The notes under the pieces are model-generated. The model saw nothing but the letters and a program-made list of their open reading frames with translations, was not told the DNA's origin and did not search any database. From contig CAVURJ010000002.1 in the NCBI GenBank assembly GCA_963743885.1, forward strand, positions 305,706 to 369,705: a stretch of DNA of 64,000 nucleotides, given 5' to 3'. The translations under genes and the position numbers were made by a program. This stretch comes from Candidatus Moraniibacteriota bacterium (lineage in GTDB: Bacteria; Patescibacteriota; Minisyncoccia; Moranbacterales; UBA1568). The first letter of the stretch is position 1, and each line of letters starts with the position of its first letter. Of the stretch, positions 30,677 through 38,292 are shown in pieces.

Positions 30677-30973
30677 ATGAAATGGAATCCTTTCAAAAAA
30701 TCCGATAGCGCCGATAAGCAGACTGACGACCTTCCAAGCATTCCTGGCGGTCCGGATGTCGAGAAGATGGGCATGCTACAGAAGATCGCTTATAAGCGTT
30801 TCCTCAAGATGAGCCCGACTGAGCGCGAGAAGGTGATGAAGAAGGCACTTACGCCGAAGAACGTCGCCAAACATAAGGATGAGATCCTGGCATCGCTTGA
30901 GGCCATGCGCAAGAACCGCCAGATTTCCGATGATCAGTACCGTCTCGCCAAAGCGAAGTTCGGACTCAAATAG
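30677..30973 (+). CDS. Hypothetical basic protein
   Basis: 98 aa ORF with host-like codon usage. Confidence 0.6.
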   Translation: MKWNPFKKSDSADKQTDDLPSIPGGPDVEKMGMLQKIAYKRFLKMSPTEREKVMKKALTPKNVAKHKDEILASLEAMRKNRQISDDQYRLAKAKFGLK

Positions 30974-30995
30974 TATTTCGTATCCCGTATATCGT

Positions 30996-31373
30996 ATGTC
31001 GGAAGAGAATGCTCCGAAAATTCGGTCGTTCACTGATTTGCGCGTATGGCAAAAGGGGCATAGGTTCGTTGTTGATATGTACCGGGTTACGAAGGATTTT
31101 CCTCGAGAGGAAATGTTCGGTCTTACTTCCCAGATACGGAGAGCAGCCGTTTCGTTCACTTCGAATATAGCCGAAGGTTTTCGCCGGCAATCTCAGAAAG
31201 AGAAAAGACAGTTTTATGCGATAGCGTTTGGGTCGTTGACAGAAGTTCAGAATCAGCTTCTTATCGCGAGAGACGTTGGATATCTTTCGAAAAAAGAGTT
31301 CGATGCTTTGGCTGCCGAGACCGTTGAGTTGAGTAAGATGATAACCGGACTCATGAAGTCGGCCGGCGAATGA
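30996..31373 (+). CDS. Four-helix-bundle protein (23S rRNA IVP / bAvd-like family)
   Basis: FTDLRVWQKG...T..FPREEMFGLTSQIRRAAVS..SNIAEG...F..IA.GSL.E. Confidence 0.92.
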   Translation: MSEENAPKIRSFTDLRVWQKGHRFVVDMYRVTKDFPREEMFGLTSQIRRAAVSFTSNIAEGFRRQSQKEKRQFYAIAFGSLTEVQNQLLIARDVGYLSKKEFDALAAETVELSKMITGLMKSAGE

Positions 31374-31454
31374 GCTGGCCATCCCGATATACGATATGCT
31401 GTATACGGATACCTTCGCTGGAGATTGGTTTGTGTAATCATAGGAAAATCGTTT

Positions 31455-32645
31455 ATGGATAAGAGAATCGAACAGGTAGATGAGCTTCTGACCCGCGGCG
31501 TGGCCGAGGTGATCGGACTTGATCATCTCAAGAAACGTCTGCTCGCAGGCGAAGCGCTTCGTGTGAAGTTTGGCGTCGATCCGACTAGCCCGAATCTTCA
31601 TATCGGACGTGCGGTCGTGCTCCTCAAGCTCCGCGATCTCCAGCGGCTCGGCTGCAAGATCGTGCTCATCGTGGGAGATTTCACTGGTGTGATCGGTGAT
31701 ACGAGCGACAAGGAGAGTGAGCGTCCGATGCTCGCGGCTGATGCGATTGAGGCCAACATGAAGGGCTACATCGCGCAGATGGGCAAGCTCATCGATATCG
31801 ACCAGGCCGAAGTGCACTACAATTCCACGTGGCTCTCGACGCTTGGTTATGAGGATATCGGCACGCAGGCGGATGCCTTTTCGCTCGCTGAGTTCATTTC
31901 CCGCGACAATATTCGCCGCCGTCTGGATGCCGGCAAGCGCGTCTCGCTTCGTGAGGTGCTCTATCCGCTCATGCAGGGATTCGATTCGATTGCGGTCAAT
32001 GCGGACGTCGAGCTCGGCGGTACTGATCAGCGCTTCAACCTCCTCGCCGGCCGGACACTTCAGGAGAAGCATGGGCAGGAGCCGCAGGATATCATGATGA
32101 CCGATCTTATTCTTGGCACCGACGGCCGTAAGATGAGCTCGAGCTGGGGCAACACGATCAATCTGCTCGATGTACCGAACGATATGTTTGGCAAAGTGAT
32201 GAGTATCCCGGATGAACTAATCATGGAATACTTCGTGCACTGCACGCGCGTGTCGATGACGGAGATTGCAGCAATGGCTGAGGAGATCGTAACGGGCGCC
32301 AATCCGCGCGATGCCAAGGTGCGCCTCGCGAAGGAGATCGTCGCGCTTTACCATGGCGCCGATGAGGCAGCGAAGGCTGAGGCGTATTTCATCGAGACGT
32401 TTTCCAAGGGTGTGGTACCGGAGGATATCGCCGAGGTCAAAGCTGAGGCAGGCGAGAAGCTGATTGAGGTGATCGTCCGGGTCGGTCTCGCGACGAGCAA
32501 TGGTGATGCGCGCCGCAAGGTGGAGCAGGGCGGTGTCTCGATCGATGGCGAGCGGGTCGCTGATCCGCAGGCGGTCGTCGCAGTGGAGTATGCCGGCAAG
32601 GTCATGAAGGTCGGCAAGAAGGACTTCGTCCGCATCGTGGTATAA
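31455..32645 (+). CDS. tyrS: Tyrosine--tRNA ligase
   Basis: GVDPTSPNLHIGR, YPLMQGFD, GGTDQRFN, KMSSS; C-terminal S4 domain. Confidence 0.97.
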   Translation: MDKRIEQVDELLTRGVAEVIGLDHLKKRLLAGEALRVKFGVDPTSPNLHIGRAVVLLKLRDLQRLGCKIVLIVGDFTGVIGDTSDKESERPMLAADAIEANMKGYIAQMGKLIDIDQAEVHYNSTWLSTLGYEDIGTQADAFSLAEFISRDNIRRRLDAGKRVSLREVLYPLMQGFDSIAVNADVELGGTDQRFNLLAGRTLQEKHGQEPQDIMMTDLILGTDGRKMSSSWGNTINLLDVPNDMFGKVMSIPDELIMEYFVHCTRVSMTEIAAMAEEIVTGANPRDAKVRLAKEIVALYHGADEAAKAEAYFIETFSKGVVPEDIAEVKAEAGEKLIEVIVRVGLATSNGDARRKVEQGGVSIDGERVADPQAVVAVEYAGKVMKVGKKDFVRIVV

Positions 32646-32676
32646 TAGAAATGTTTTTAATCTTAACTTCAGCACT

Positions 32677-33393
32677 ATGAAGAAGGTTGTCATCGTGGTG
32701 GTAGTCGTGCTCGCGCTGATCGTCGGCGGTGGAGTCTGGTTCGTCATGAAGGCCAAGCAAGCGCTCAATGAGCATGGCATCGAGGTCGGCAAGAACGGCG
32801 TGTCGGTCGATGTGAACGGTACCAAGGTTGATATATCCAAGGAGAACGGTGGTTCGATCAAGGATAGTCTCACGAACATGCTATCCGGATCGGCGGCTGT
32901 GAAATGCGCGGTCGAGGATGAAGAAGGCAAGTACACCGTCACTGCCAAGATGGGCAATGTGAAGATCGACGGTATCGGCTATGCCGCACCGGGCGTCCCG
33001 GGGACGGATGAAAAGGACAAGAAGGGTACGATGATTGTCACCCCTGAGATGTTCTACATGTGGAGCGGCAAGGAGGGTATGAAGTGGAACGTGAAGGAGA
33101 TGGAGGCGCTCAACAAGAAGATGGGTGGCGAGAACGCCGCGGTGCAGGAACCGGAAGCGTCCGACTGGTCCGATTGGGCTAAGAGCATGGAAGCTTCGGG
33201 TGCCAAGTATGATTGTTCTCCGTCCGTCGTGACCGATGCTGATTTTACTCCGCCAGCGGATGTACAGTTCCAGGATTTTGGTGAGTTCATGAAGCAGTTC
33301 GGTGCTGGTGTGCAGGCGCATGCGGAATCACAGATGGATTTCGGTGCTGCCGGACAGGTAGACCTGTCGCAGATGGGCGCCTTCCCGCAATAG
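32677..33393 (+). CDS. Hypothetical membrane-anchored exported protein
   Basis: N-terminal TM anchor; YMWSG and C...V.DADFTPPADVQF motif. Confidence 0.7.
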   Translation: MKKVVIVVVVVLALIVGGGVWFVMKAKQALNEHGIEVGKNGVSVDVNGTKVDISKENGGSIKDSLTNMLSGSAAVKCAVEDEEGKYTVTAKMGNVKIDGIGYAAPGVPGTDEKDKKGTMIVTPEMFYMWSGKEGMKWNVKEMEALNKKMGGENAAVQEPEASDWSDWAKSMEASGAKYDCSPSVVTDADFTPPADVQFQDFGEFMKQFGAGVQAHAESQMDFGAAGQVDLSQMGAFPQ

Positions 33394-33411
33394 TCTTTCT
33401 AGAGAATCGCA

Positions 33412-33443
33412 GCCCCGCACTTTCCGAAAGTGCGGGGTTTTTT
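33412..33443 (+). terminator. Intrinsic terminator
   Basis: gccccgcacttt-ccg-aaagtgcgggg followed by T6. Confidence 0.8.
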
Positions 33444-33499
33444 GACCGGGAAAGGCGGTTCGAGGTACAATACGGGGGTGATTAATCGCCGAAAATCCT

Positions 33500-34603
33500 A
33501 TGATACAGGAAAAGATTGCCTCTATCCTTGAAGCCGGAAAGCAGGCCTTGGAAGCGGCCAAAACGGAAGCTGGGCTCGCAGCATGGGAGACGGAGTATCT
33601 CGGCCGCAAGAGCGAGTTGAATGAGATACTGAAAGGCCTCAAGGATCTGTCGTCGGAAGAGAAGCGCGTCGTTGGACCAGCTGGCAACCAGGCCAAGCAG
33701 GAGCTCTTTGGGGCGCTTGCCCGCTATCGTGAGGAATTGTCCGAAAAGAATGCTGATTGGAGTGCGGAAGCGATCGATGTCACCGCTCCTGGTCGTCCGG
33801 TCGCGCGCGGCCATCTGCATCCCATCACCCTGATCGAGCATGAGATCGAGGATATCTTTTCGTCGATGGGGTTCTCTATTGCTGACGGACCGGAGGCTGA
33901 GACCGAGCATTACAATTTTGATGCGCTCAATGTGCCTGCCGATCATCCGGCGCGCGATATGCAGGATACGTTTTGGCTCAAGTCAGTCAACAGTCAACAG
34001 CGAACAGCCAGCAAAAAAGCGAATCGGGAGAGGTACGTCATGCGTACTCATACCTCGCCAGTCCAGGTCCGCTATATGGAGACACACAAGCCGCCATTTC
34101 GGATCGTTATCCCGGGCCGCGTGTTCCGCAATGAGGCGACCGATGCATCGCATGAGCATACTTTCCATCAGTTCGAGTGTCTGATGGTCGGCAAGGAAGG
34201 CGAAGTGAGCGTCGCGACGTTCAAGCATGTTGCTGAGACTTTCTTTACAGCTTTCTTCGGTGAGAAGGTGGTCATCCGTCTGCGACCCAGCTTCTTCCCG
34301 TTCACTGAACCGTCATTTGAATTCGATATCAGCTGCATCCTCTGCGGTGGGAAGCCTGCCCGAAACCCTTCGCATGGCGATGGGGGCGGGGGCTGCCCGA
34401 CGTGCAAGCAGACCGGCTGGCTTGAGATTGGTGGTGCCGGCATGGTCAATCAGAAGGTCTTCGAGGCGGCTGGTTACAAGCGCGGAGCGCACCAGGGCTT
34501 CGCGTGGGGCTTCGGTGTGACGCGTCTTGCGATGATGAAGTACAAGATTTCCGATATCCGCCTGCTCATGTCCGGCGACCTCCGATTTATAAGACAATTT
34601 TGA
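33500..34603 (+). CDS. pheS: Phenylalanine--tRNA ligase alpha subunit
   Basis: HPARDMQDTF, RTHTSPVQ, FPFTEPS, GFAWGFG. Confidence 0.98.
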   Translation: MIQEKIASILEAGKQALEAAKTEAGLAAWETEYLGRKSELNEILKGLKDLSSEEKRVVGPAGNQAKQELFGALARYREELSEKNADWSAEAIDVTAPGRPVARGHLHPITLIEHEIEDIFSSMGFSIADGPEAETEHYNFDALNVPADHPARDMQDTFWLKSVNSQQRTASKKANRERYVMRTHTSPVQVRYMETHKPPFRIVIPGRVFRNEATDASHEHTFHQFECLMVGKEGEVSVATFKHVAETFFTAFFGEKVVIRLRPSFFPFTEPSFEFDISCILCGGKPARNPSHGDGGGGCPTCKQTGWLEIGGAGMVNQKVFEAAGYKRGAHQGFAWGFGVTRLAMMKYKISDIRLLMSGDLRFIRQF

Positions 34604-34697
34604 TCAGTTTTTCTGTTAACGAGTTAACGCGTTCACGCGTTGGAAGATAAGAAATAAACCCGTTAACCCGCAACTCGTTAATGCACGAACCGAGATT

Positions 34698-37082
34698 ATG
34701 AAATATTCCTATCGCTGGCTGAAAGAATTGAGCGGCACCAAGAAATCCGCTGACCAGATCGCGAAACTCCTCATGACGCATGCGTTTGAGGTGGAGGGGA
34801 TGGAGCGGTTCTCGCTCGGCTTGGATGGTGTGACGATCGGCCAGGTAGTTGGTCTTGAGAAGCACCCGGATGCCGATCGGCTCCGTGTCGCTCAAGTGAT
34901 GTTTGGCAAGAAGGATACCCGCCAGATCGTCTGTGGTGCGCCCAATCTCGCTCTTGATCAGAAGGTAGCGGTGGCGCTGCCGGGCGTCGTGCTGCCGGGT
35001 GGAGAAATCAAAAAAGCGGTCATCCGCGGCGTTGAGTCGAACGGCATGATCTGCTCGGAAGCCGAGATGGGTCTGGGAGATGACCAGGGCGGCATCCTGG
35101 TTTTGCCGGAGGATGCACCGGTTGGTGCGCTCTTTGCCAAGCATTTCGGACTCGAGGATACCATCATCGAAGCCAAGATATTGCCGGACCGCGGATCCGA
35201 TGCGCTTTCCTATCAGGGGCTCGCGCGTGAGATCGCTGCGCTCGACGGCTATGCGCCGCATTTCATCGAAAAGAAGGCCAAGGCATTGCGCATCCCGTCA
35301 TACAATCGTGCTCCGAAGGTTGTCATCGCCGACAAACTCCGTTGCCCGCGCTATATCGGCCTCTCGTTCAAGGGTGTCACGGTCGGGGAGTCGCCACTTT
35401 GGTTGAAGGCCCGCCTCATCCTTTCTGGGCTTCGTCCGATCAACAACATCGTGGACGTCACGAACTATCTCATGCTGCTCACGGGCCAGCCGATGCATGC
35501 CTTCGATGCGGCGAAGCTTTCTGGAGCGGTGACAGTGCGCCGTGCCAAGAAGAACGAGAAGCTTGTCATCCTTACGGGGGAGACCAAGAAGCTCTGTGAA
35601 GACGATTTGGTCATCGCCGATAGCAAGAAGGTGGTCGCGCTCGCAGGTGTGATGGGCGGCCAGGATACGGGCGTCACGGAAGCCACCAAGGATATCTTCC
35701 TCGAGGTCGCGAACTTTGAGAGCTCTTCAGTCCGCCGTACCAAGACCCGGCACAATCTGCCGACCGATGCGAGCTACCGTTTCGAGCGCAATCTCGATCC
35801 CAATCTCGCGTCCGTAGCAGCCGGAGAAGCCGCCGCGCTCATCGGAGCACTCACCGGAGGCAAGCTTTCCGGTATGCGCGACACCTATCCGCGGAAGGTA
35901 TTGCCGTGGAAGATTGCTTTGTCGCTCGCTCGCGTAGGGAATGTGCTCGGCGCTCCGTTGCCACTTTTCGAAGCGGTGCGGTATCTGGCTCTTCTCGGAC
36001 TCCAGGTGAAGAAAGTTTCGGGCAAGGATGTCCTTTCGGTCACGGTGCCGACACGCCGTCCGGATCTCCGCGACGAATGGGATCTGATCGAGGAGATTGG
36101 CCGTATGCGTGGTTATGACAAGATTGCGCCGGCTGCTCCGCTTCTGCCGCTCACGCCCGCTTCGGAAAATCCAGCCAAACGATTCGCTCGCTCCGTGAAG
36201 GAGTATCTCGCGAACGCTGGTTTTGATGAGGTCATGACGTATTCTTTCTATGGCGACAAGGACCGCGTGGCCGCGCGTCTGTCGGAAGAGGGGCATCTCG
36301 CGCTCGAGAATCCGATGAATCCTGATCAGCAGCTCCTCCGCATGACGCTTCTGCCGACGCTTCTCCGCAAGGTTCGTGAGAATCTCCGTCATATAGGCGC
36401 ATTCGATTGCTTCGAGTGGGAAAGCGCTTTTTCCAAGGCTCCGAAGCGCGGAGCGATCGATGAGCGGAAGATGCTCGCGCTCGCGACGGTGCTCGCCGAA
36501 AAAGGCGCCAAGGGTGATGCCTTCTATGCGCTCAAAGGAAAGGTACAGGCACTTCTCGGAGCGATGCGTGTCACGGGAGTCTCGTTCGTTCCGCTTGCGG
36601 ATGCTTCTTCGCTTACTGCTTCAGTGATGCTCCATCCGACTCGTGCCGCTCTTATCATGGCCGGCGATCGGATCATCGGTGTGGCAGGGGAACTTCATCC
36701 TTCTGTTGCCAAGGCTTTCAATCTCGATGCCCGGGTGGCCTGCGCTGAATTCGACGCGGAGGCGCTTCGCCTGTCAGTCGATGACAAGATGGTCTATGAA
36801 CCGCTTCGGCGTTTCCCGTATGCGATGCGTGATATCTCACTCGTCTTTCCGGAGGGGGCGACCGTAGGCGAAGTCGAGCAGATGTTGTCCGAGGCCGGCG
36901 CGCCGCTCCTTGGCAGGCATGAGCTGTTCGATATCTACGGCGAAGGGAAGGGGAAGAGTCTGGCGTTCCACCTCTTCTTCGGGGCTTCGGACCGTACTAT
37001 CACGAACGACGAGGCGGATAAGGCTTTCGACCGGATAGTGGCCGAAGCCGACAAGCGATTCGGGGCAAAACTGAAGCAATAG
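34698..37082 (+). CDS. pheT: Phenylalanine--tRNA ligase beta subunit
   Basis: HPDADRL, IVCGAPN, RGVESNGMICS, INNIVDVTNY, RFER, DLIEEIGR. Confidence 0.97.
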   Translation: MKYSYRWLKELSGTKKSADQIAKLLMTHAFEVEGMERFSLGLDGVTIGQVVGLEKHPDADRLRVAQVMFGKKDTRQIVCGAPNLALDQKVAVALPGVVLPGGEIKKAVIRGVESNGMICSEAEMGLGDDQGGILVLPEDAPVGALFAKHFGLEDTIIEAKILPDRGSDALSYQGLAREIAALDGYAPHFIEKKAKALRIPSYNRAPKVVIADKLRCPRYIGLSFKGVTVGESPLWLKARLILSGLRPINNIVDVTNYLMLLTGQPMHAFDAAKLSGAVTVRRAKKNEKLVILTGETKKLCEDDLVIADSKKVVALAGVMGGQDTGVTEATKDIFLEVANFESSSVRRTKTRHNLPTDASYRFERNLDPNLASVAAGEAAALIGALTGGKLSGMRDTYPRKVLPWKIALSLARVGNVLGAPLPLFEAVRYLALLGLQVKKVSGKDVLSVTVPTRRPDLRDEWDLIEEIGRMRGYDKIAPAAPLLPLTPASENPAKRFARSVKEYLANAGFDEVMTYSFYGDKDRVAARLSEEGHLALENPMNPDQQLLRMTLLPTLLRKVRENLRHIGAFDCFEWESAFSKAPKRGAIDERKMLALATVLAEKGAKGDAFYALKGKVQALLGAMRVTGVSFVPLADASSLTASVMLHPTRAALIMAGDRIIGVAGELHPSVAKAFNLDARVACAEFDAEALRLSVDDKMVYEPLRRFPYAMRDISLVFPEGATVGEVEQMLSEAGAPLLGRHELFDIYGEGKGKSLAFHLFFGASDRTITNDEADKAFDRIVAEADKRFGAKLKQ

Positions 37083-37085
37083 TAG

Positions 37086-37373
37086 TCCCGCACTATCTTT
37101 TTTCGGATATGTATTATGTGTATGTAATACAGAATGAGAAGGACGAGCTTTATTATGGCTTTACTTCCGATTTAAAAAAACGGATGCGAGAACATAATGA
37201 AGGAAGCACGTTTTCTACAAGAGGATTTTTGTGGCGTCTTGTCTATTACGAAGCGTATCTTTCGAAGAAAGATGCTATGACGAGAGAACGTAGCATGAAG
37301 CGATATGGCCAAGCGCTCGGGCATCTGAAGAATAGGATAAAGGCTTCATTAAAAGAAAAAAGATAGTGCGGGA
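37086..37373. mobile_element. GIY-YIG gene cassette bounded by a 19-bp perfect inverted repeat
   Basis: tcccgcactatcttttttc (37086-37104) / gaaaaaagatagtgcggga (37355-37373). Confidence 0.6.
37109..37366 (+). CDS. Stand-alone GIY-YIG nuclease family protein
   Basis: MYYVYVI...LYYGFTSDLKKR..EHN.G...LVYYEAY....A..RE..K. Confidence 0.9.
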   Translation: MYYVYVIQNEKDELYYGFTSDLKKRMREHNEGSTFSTRGFLWRLVYYEAYLSKKDAMTRERSMKRYGQALGHLKNRIKASLKEKR

Positions 37374-37402
37374 TTGCAAGAATAGCATTTTTGTGCTATA
37401 AT
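37374..37402 (+). promoter_or_regulatory. Sigma70-type promoter of rnpB
   Basis: TTGCAA-17 nt-TATAAT with extended TG, just upstream of the RNase P P1 helix. Confidence 0.75.
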
Positions 37403-37448
37403 TAGTTGTTTGCAGTACCTTTTCATGACAGATCGGATCATCGCGCGA

Positions 37449-37582
37449 TCCCTCACATGAAATGACATGGCCAGTCCGCTGGCTCTTTAGGGACGATGTG
37501 TAAGTAAAAAAGCTATTACTTCGCACAAAACGTTCTCTTGGATGCAAACAAACAAGTTTGTTGTGTCATTTCATGTGAGGGA
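37449..37582. repeat. 134-nt TIR element, copy 1, in RNase P P3
   Basis: tccctcacatgaaatgaca...tgtcatttcatgtgaggga. Confidence 0.9.
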
Positions 37583-38005
37583 AGTGAGGAAAGTCCGGAC
37601 ACTCAGCCGCCGAAAGGCGGCACGGGTAGCAGGTAACGCCTGTCAGCCGATGCATGGCATCGGAAGTTCCAAGAGACAAGTTCCAAGAAACAAGGAATAT
37701 CCAATATTCAATGACCAATGATCAAGGCGGAGCAGTATTCCGAAATTGTGATTTGAGAGTTGGAGATTGTATCTTATTTGTATCTTGTAGCTTGAGGCTT
37801 GGTGATTCCGCTGCCATGCAGCGGCAGAGGTGCGAACAGTGACGCCGAAGCCGAAAGGCCGAGGATCCCTTCGGGGATAATTCCGTTGGAAGGCGGAAGT
37901 GAAACGGCTAAATCCTTACTTGGGTGCAAGGCCGCGTCTCGGCGTAAGCCGAGAAGAGCCGCAAAGATCTTCCTGGCGACAGGAAGGCAAGAGAAATGAT
38001 GGTCA

Positions 38006-38141
38006 TCCCTCACATGAAATGACATAGCCAGTCCGCTGGCTTCTTGAGGACCATTGTGTAAGCAGGCAGAATCAGCCATGTGCATGATGCGTTCTCTCGG
38101 ATGCAAACAAACAAGTTTGTTGTGTCATTTCATGTGAGGGA
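38006..38141. repeat. 136-nt TIR element, copy 2, in RNase P P19
   Basis: Same 19-bp TIRs and flanking hairpins as copy 1, divergent centre. Confidence 0.9.
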
Positions 38142-38186
38142 GACAGAATCCGGCTTATAGATCTGTCATGAAAAGGTATTAGAATA

Positions 38187-38287
38187 ACAGGGTATAGGGG
38201 AAAGGGCTTAGGGTATAGTCAAAAAATCTAAACCCTACTATCTATATCCTGTCCTCTAAACCCTATCCCCTAAACCCTAACCCCTGT
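38187..38287. repeat. Heptamer-period inverted repeat (TAGGG / CCCTA units)
   Basis: agggtat-aggggaa-agggctt-agggtat ... aaaccct-atcccct-aaaccct-aacccct. Confidence 0.75.
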
Positions 38288-38292
38288 TTACA

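Larger units (their letters stand above)
37416..38178 (+). ncRNA. rnpB: RNase P RNA, enlarged by three insertions
   Basis: P1 taccttttcatgacagatc / gatctgtcatgaaaaggta; GAGGAAAGTCC at about 37586; P8 gcaggtaacgcctgt; ACAGTGACG; GTGAAACG; ACAGAATCCGGCTTA at about 38143. Confidence 0.93.

Noticed and set aside
30996-31373. Avd-like gene as part of a diversity-generating retroelement
   Set aside because: No reverse transcriptase and no TR/VR pair differing only at adenines in the window
37449-38141. Repeated units in rnpB as a CRISPR array
   Set aside because: Only two 135-nt units with inverted ends, inside RNase P helices; no repeat-spacer periodicity and no cas genes
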